Positions 62,826 to 64,000 of a DNA stretch of 64,000 bases are shown in pieces. The position numbers and the translations under genes were made by a program. The DNA is from an uncultured Acidobacteriota bacterium. GTDB lineage: Bacteria; Acidobacteriota; Blastocatellia; RBC074. The stretch covers positions 96,001 to 160,000 of the forward strand of contig CAWCKY010000007.1 of NCBI GenBank assembly GCA_963796275.1, written 5' to 3'. Every line of letters begins with the position of its first letter. The stretch's first letter is position 1. The notes under the pieces were generated by a model. That model saw only the letters and a program-made list of their open reading frames with translations, had not been told where the DNA came from and ran no database searches.

Positions 62826-62927
62826 ATTCCTCCTCTGGAAGCGCCTGTGTTCGCACGCTTCCAGCGTGCTGGATTTCGGCAAATGGACCCATAGCTAAAA
62901 CTCGGCACGCTGGAAGATTCTGCTGGC

Positions 62928-63265
62928 GAATCAGTACCGCTGATGCGCACCAAGATCAGGATAAGGCGGGTTCCTTTGCCCCAATGGGGCCCCCAATATA
63001 GTAGCCAGGGGTGAAGCGCATAGCGCGTAGCCCCTGGAACGCATCACCAAGAAGCGCCGAGCCCTGAAAGGGCGTCATAACGAGCGATTTATTGCGCCCC
63101 TACTACAGGGCTTAACGACTTGCTTGCCATCTACCAGGGGCTACGCGCTGCGCGCTTCACCCCTGGCTGTTAGATTTGCGCGCCGTTGGCGCTTAATGGA
63201 CAAGATTGTACAAAGTTGACAGCTTATCTTGTTGCACATGCACCACCGCTCGCGGTACTGATTCG
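62928..63265. repeat. Nested REP-like elements
   Basis: AGCCAGGGGTGAAGCGC..GCGCGTAGCCCCTGG (63003-63037) with an inverted copy at 63134-63168 and a GCCCTGAAAGGGC hairpin, flanked by GAATCAGTACCGC / GCGGTACTGATTC arms. Confidence 0.82.
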
Positions 63266-63336
63266 TTGTCCAAAATGAATTTACCAGCAAAATCTGGAAG
63301 CGGCGAACCCCGGCGCAATTCACTGTTTCATTTTTT

Positions 63337-64000
63337 TCAAAAGGTCAGGCGCAGGCCTATCTGAATGTTGCGTGCCAGATTGACCTGACTAGTGACCTTG
63401 CCGAAGTTTGAGCTGGTGGGATCCAGATTCGGCCCGCCAAACTGCGGCGTGTTCGTCGCATTGAAAACCTCCACCCGAAGTTGCATCTGAGTCCTTTCGG
63501 TAAACTTGAAGTTCTTGATCAACGAGAGATCGATCTGGCTGAGCGGCTGCGATCGGAACCCTGAAAGCCGCGATGGAAAGGTGATGATGTTGTTGCCGAG
63601 CTGGATACGCTCATCGCTCCGCTGCAACGCGGGGTTAATCGTGCCATTTCGGCGTACTTCCCCGTCGGTAAAGTAGAACCCGCTGGTGTCGAAGACCACT
63701 CGGTTGGGATCGGCGATTGTACTGACCGTGTTGCTAGTGATGTTCGTCCGTAGCTCACTGGGGTCCCCGAAGTAGGCGACAGGGTCCCATCCCAGCGGGC
63801 GTCCGCCTTGATACTGGTAGAGATACCCTGGACCTGAAACCCTCCGAACAGATGGTCGAGCAGGCGGCCTCCATTCGACAGGAAGCGGCGACCTTTTCCC
63901 ACGGGCAATTCATAAATACCGCTGATGACTACGCGATGGGGATAGTCGTTGTTGGAGATTCGGCGTTCATAGCTTGTGTCTGTCTGGTTCAACAGCGACA
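63337..64000 (-). CDS. 3' end of an Oar-like TonB-dependent receptor (partial), frameshifted at ~63821
   Basis: PHRVVISGIYELPVGKG.. and DLSLIKNF..QLRVEVFNATNTPQF..RNIQIGLRLTF. Removing two bases (TC) in GGTATCTCTAC joins the frames as GIYQYQGGRP. Confidence 0.85.

Noticed and set aside
63815-63825. Programmed frameshift in the TonB receptor
   Set aside because: No slippery heptamer; a TC dinucleotide duplication or sequencing error is simpler.

Overview
Bacterial window, most likely Acidobacteriota/Blastocatellia (inferred from the acidobacterial-type VWA protein, the RHS style and the Oar-like TonB receptor). Left end: an unlisted >1,900-codon RHS/YD protein running off the window, carrying three tandem ~160-aa Trp-rich domains, then an L-type-lectin-fused Svx/AvrXca-like metallopeptidase. 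The centre (~9.4-56.8 kb) is a sigma54-centred accessory region. It has four enhancer-binding proteins (bEBPs), about ten correctly spaced -24/-12 promoter matches and a conserved 27-bp motif (TATTGGAG-N3-CCACGAAW-TRTTGGAG, 4 copies). It also holds a largely duplicated kit of uncharacterised envelope genes (DUF3300, DUF2950, DUF4136 x2, OmpA x3, two ~850-aa paralogues with Gly/Arg tails, beta-barrels, ABM x2, NarL regulators x2, antiporters x2). Several genes show in-frame domain deletions, frameshifts or a lost start codon. Right end: S46 peptidase, PQQ-like propeller, GH127-like hydrolase and a frameshifted TonB receptor 3' end. No rRNA, tRNA, CRISPR array or transposase was seen. Family names come from motif recognition by eye, not database searches.
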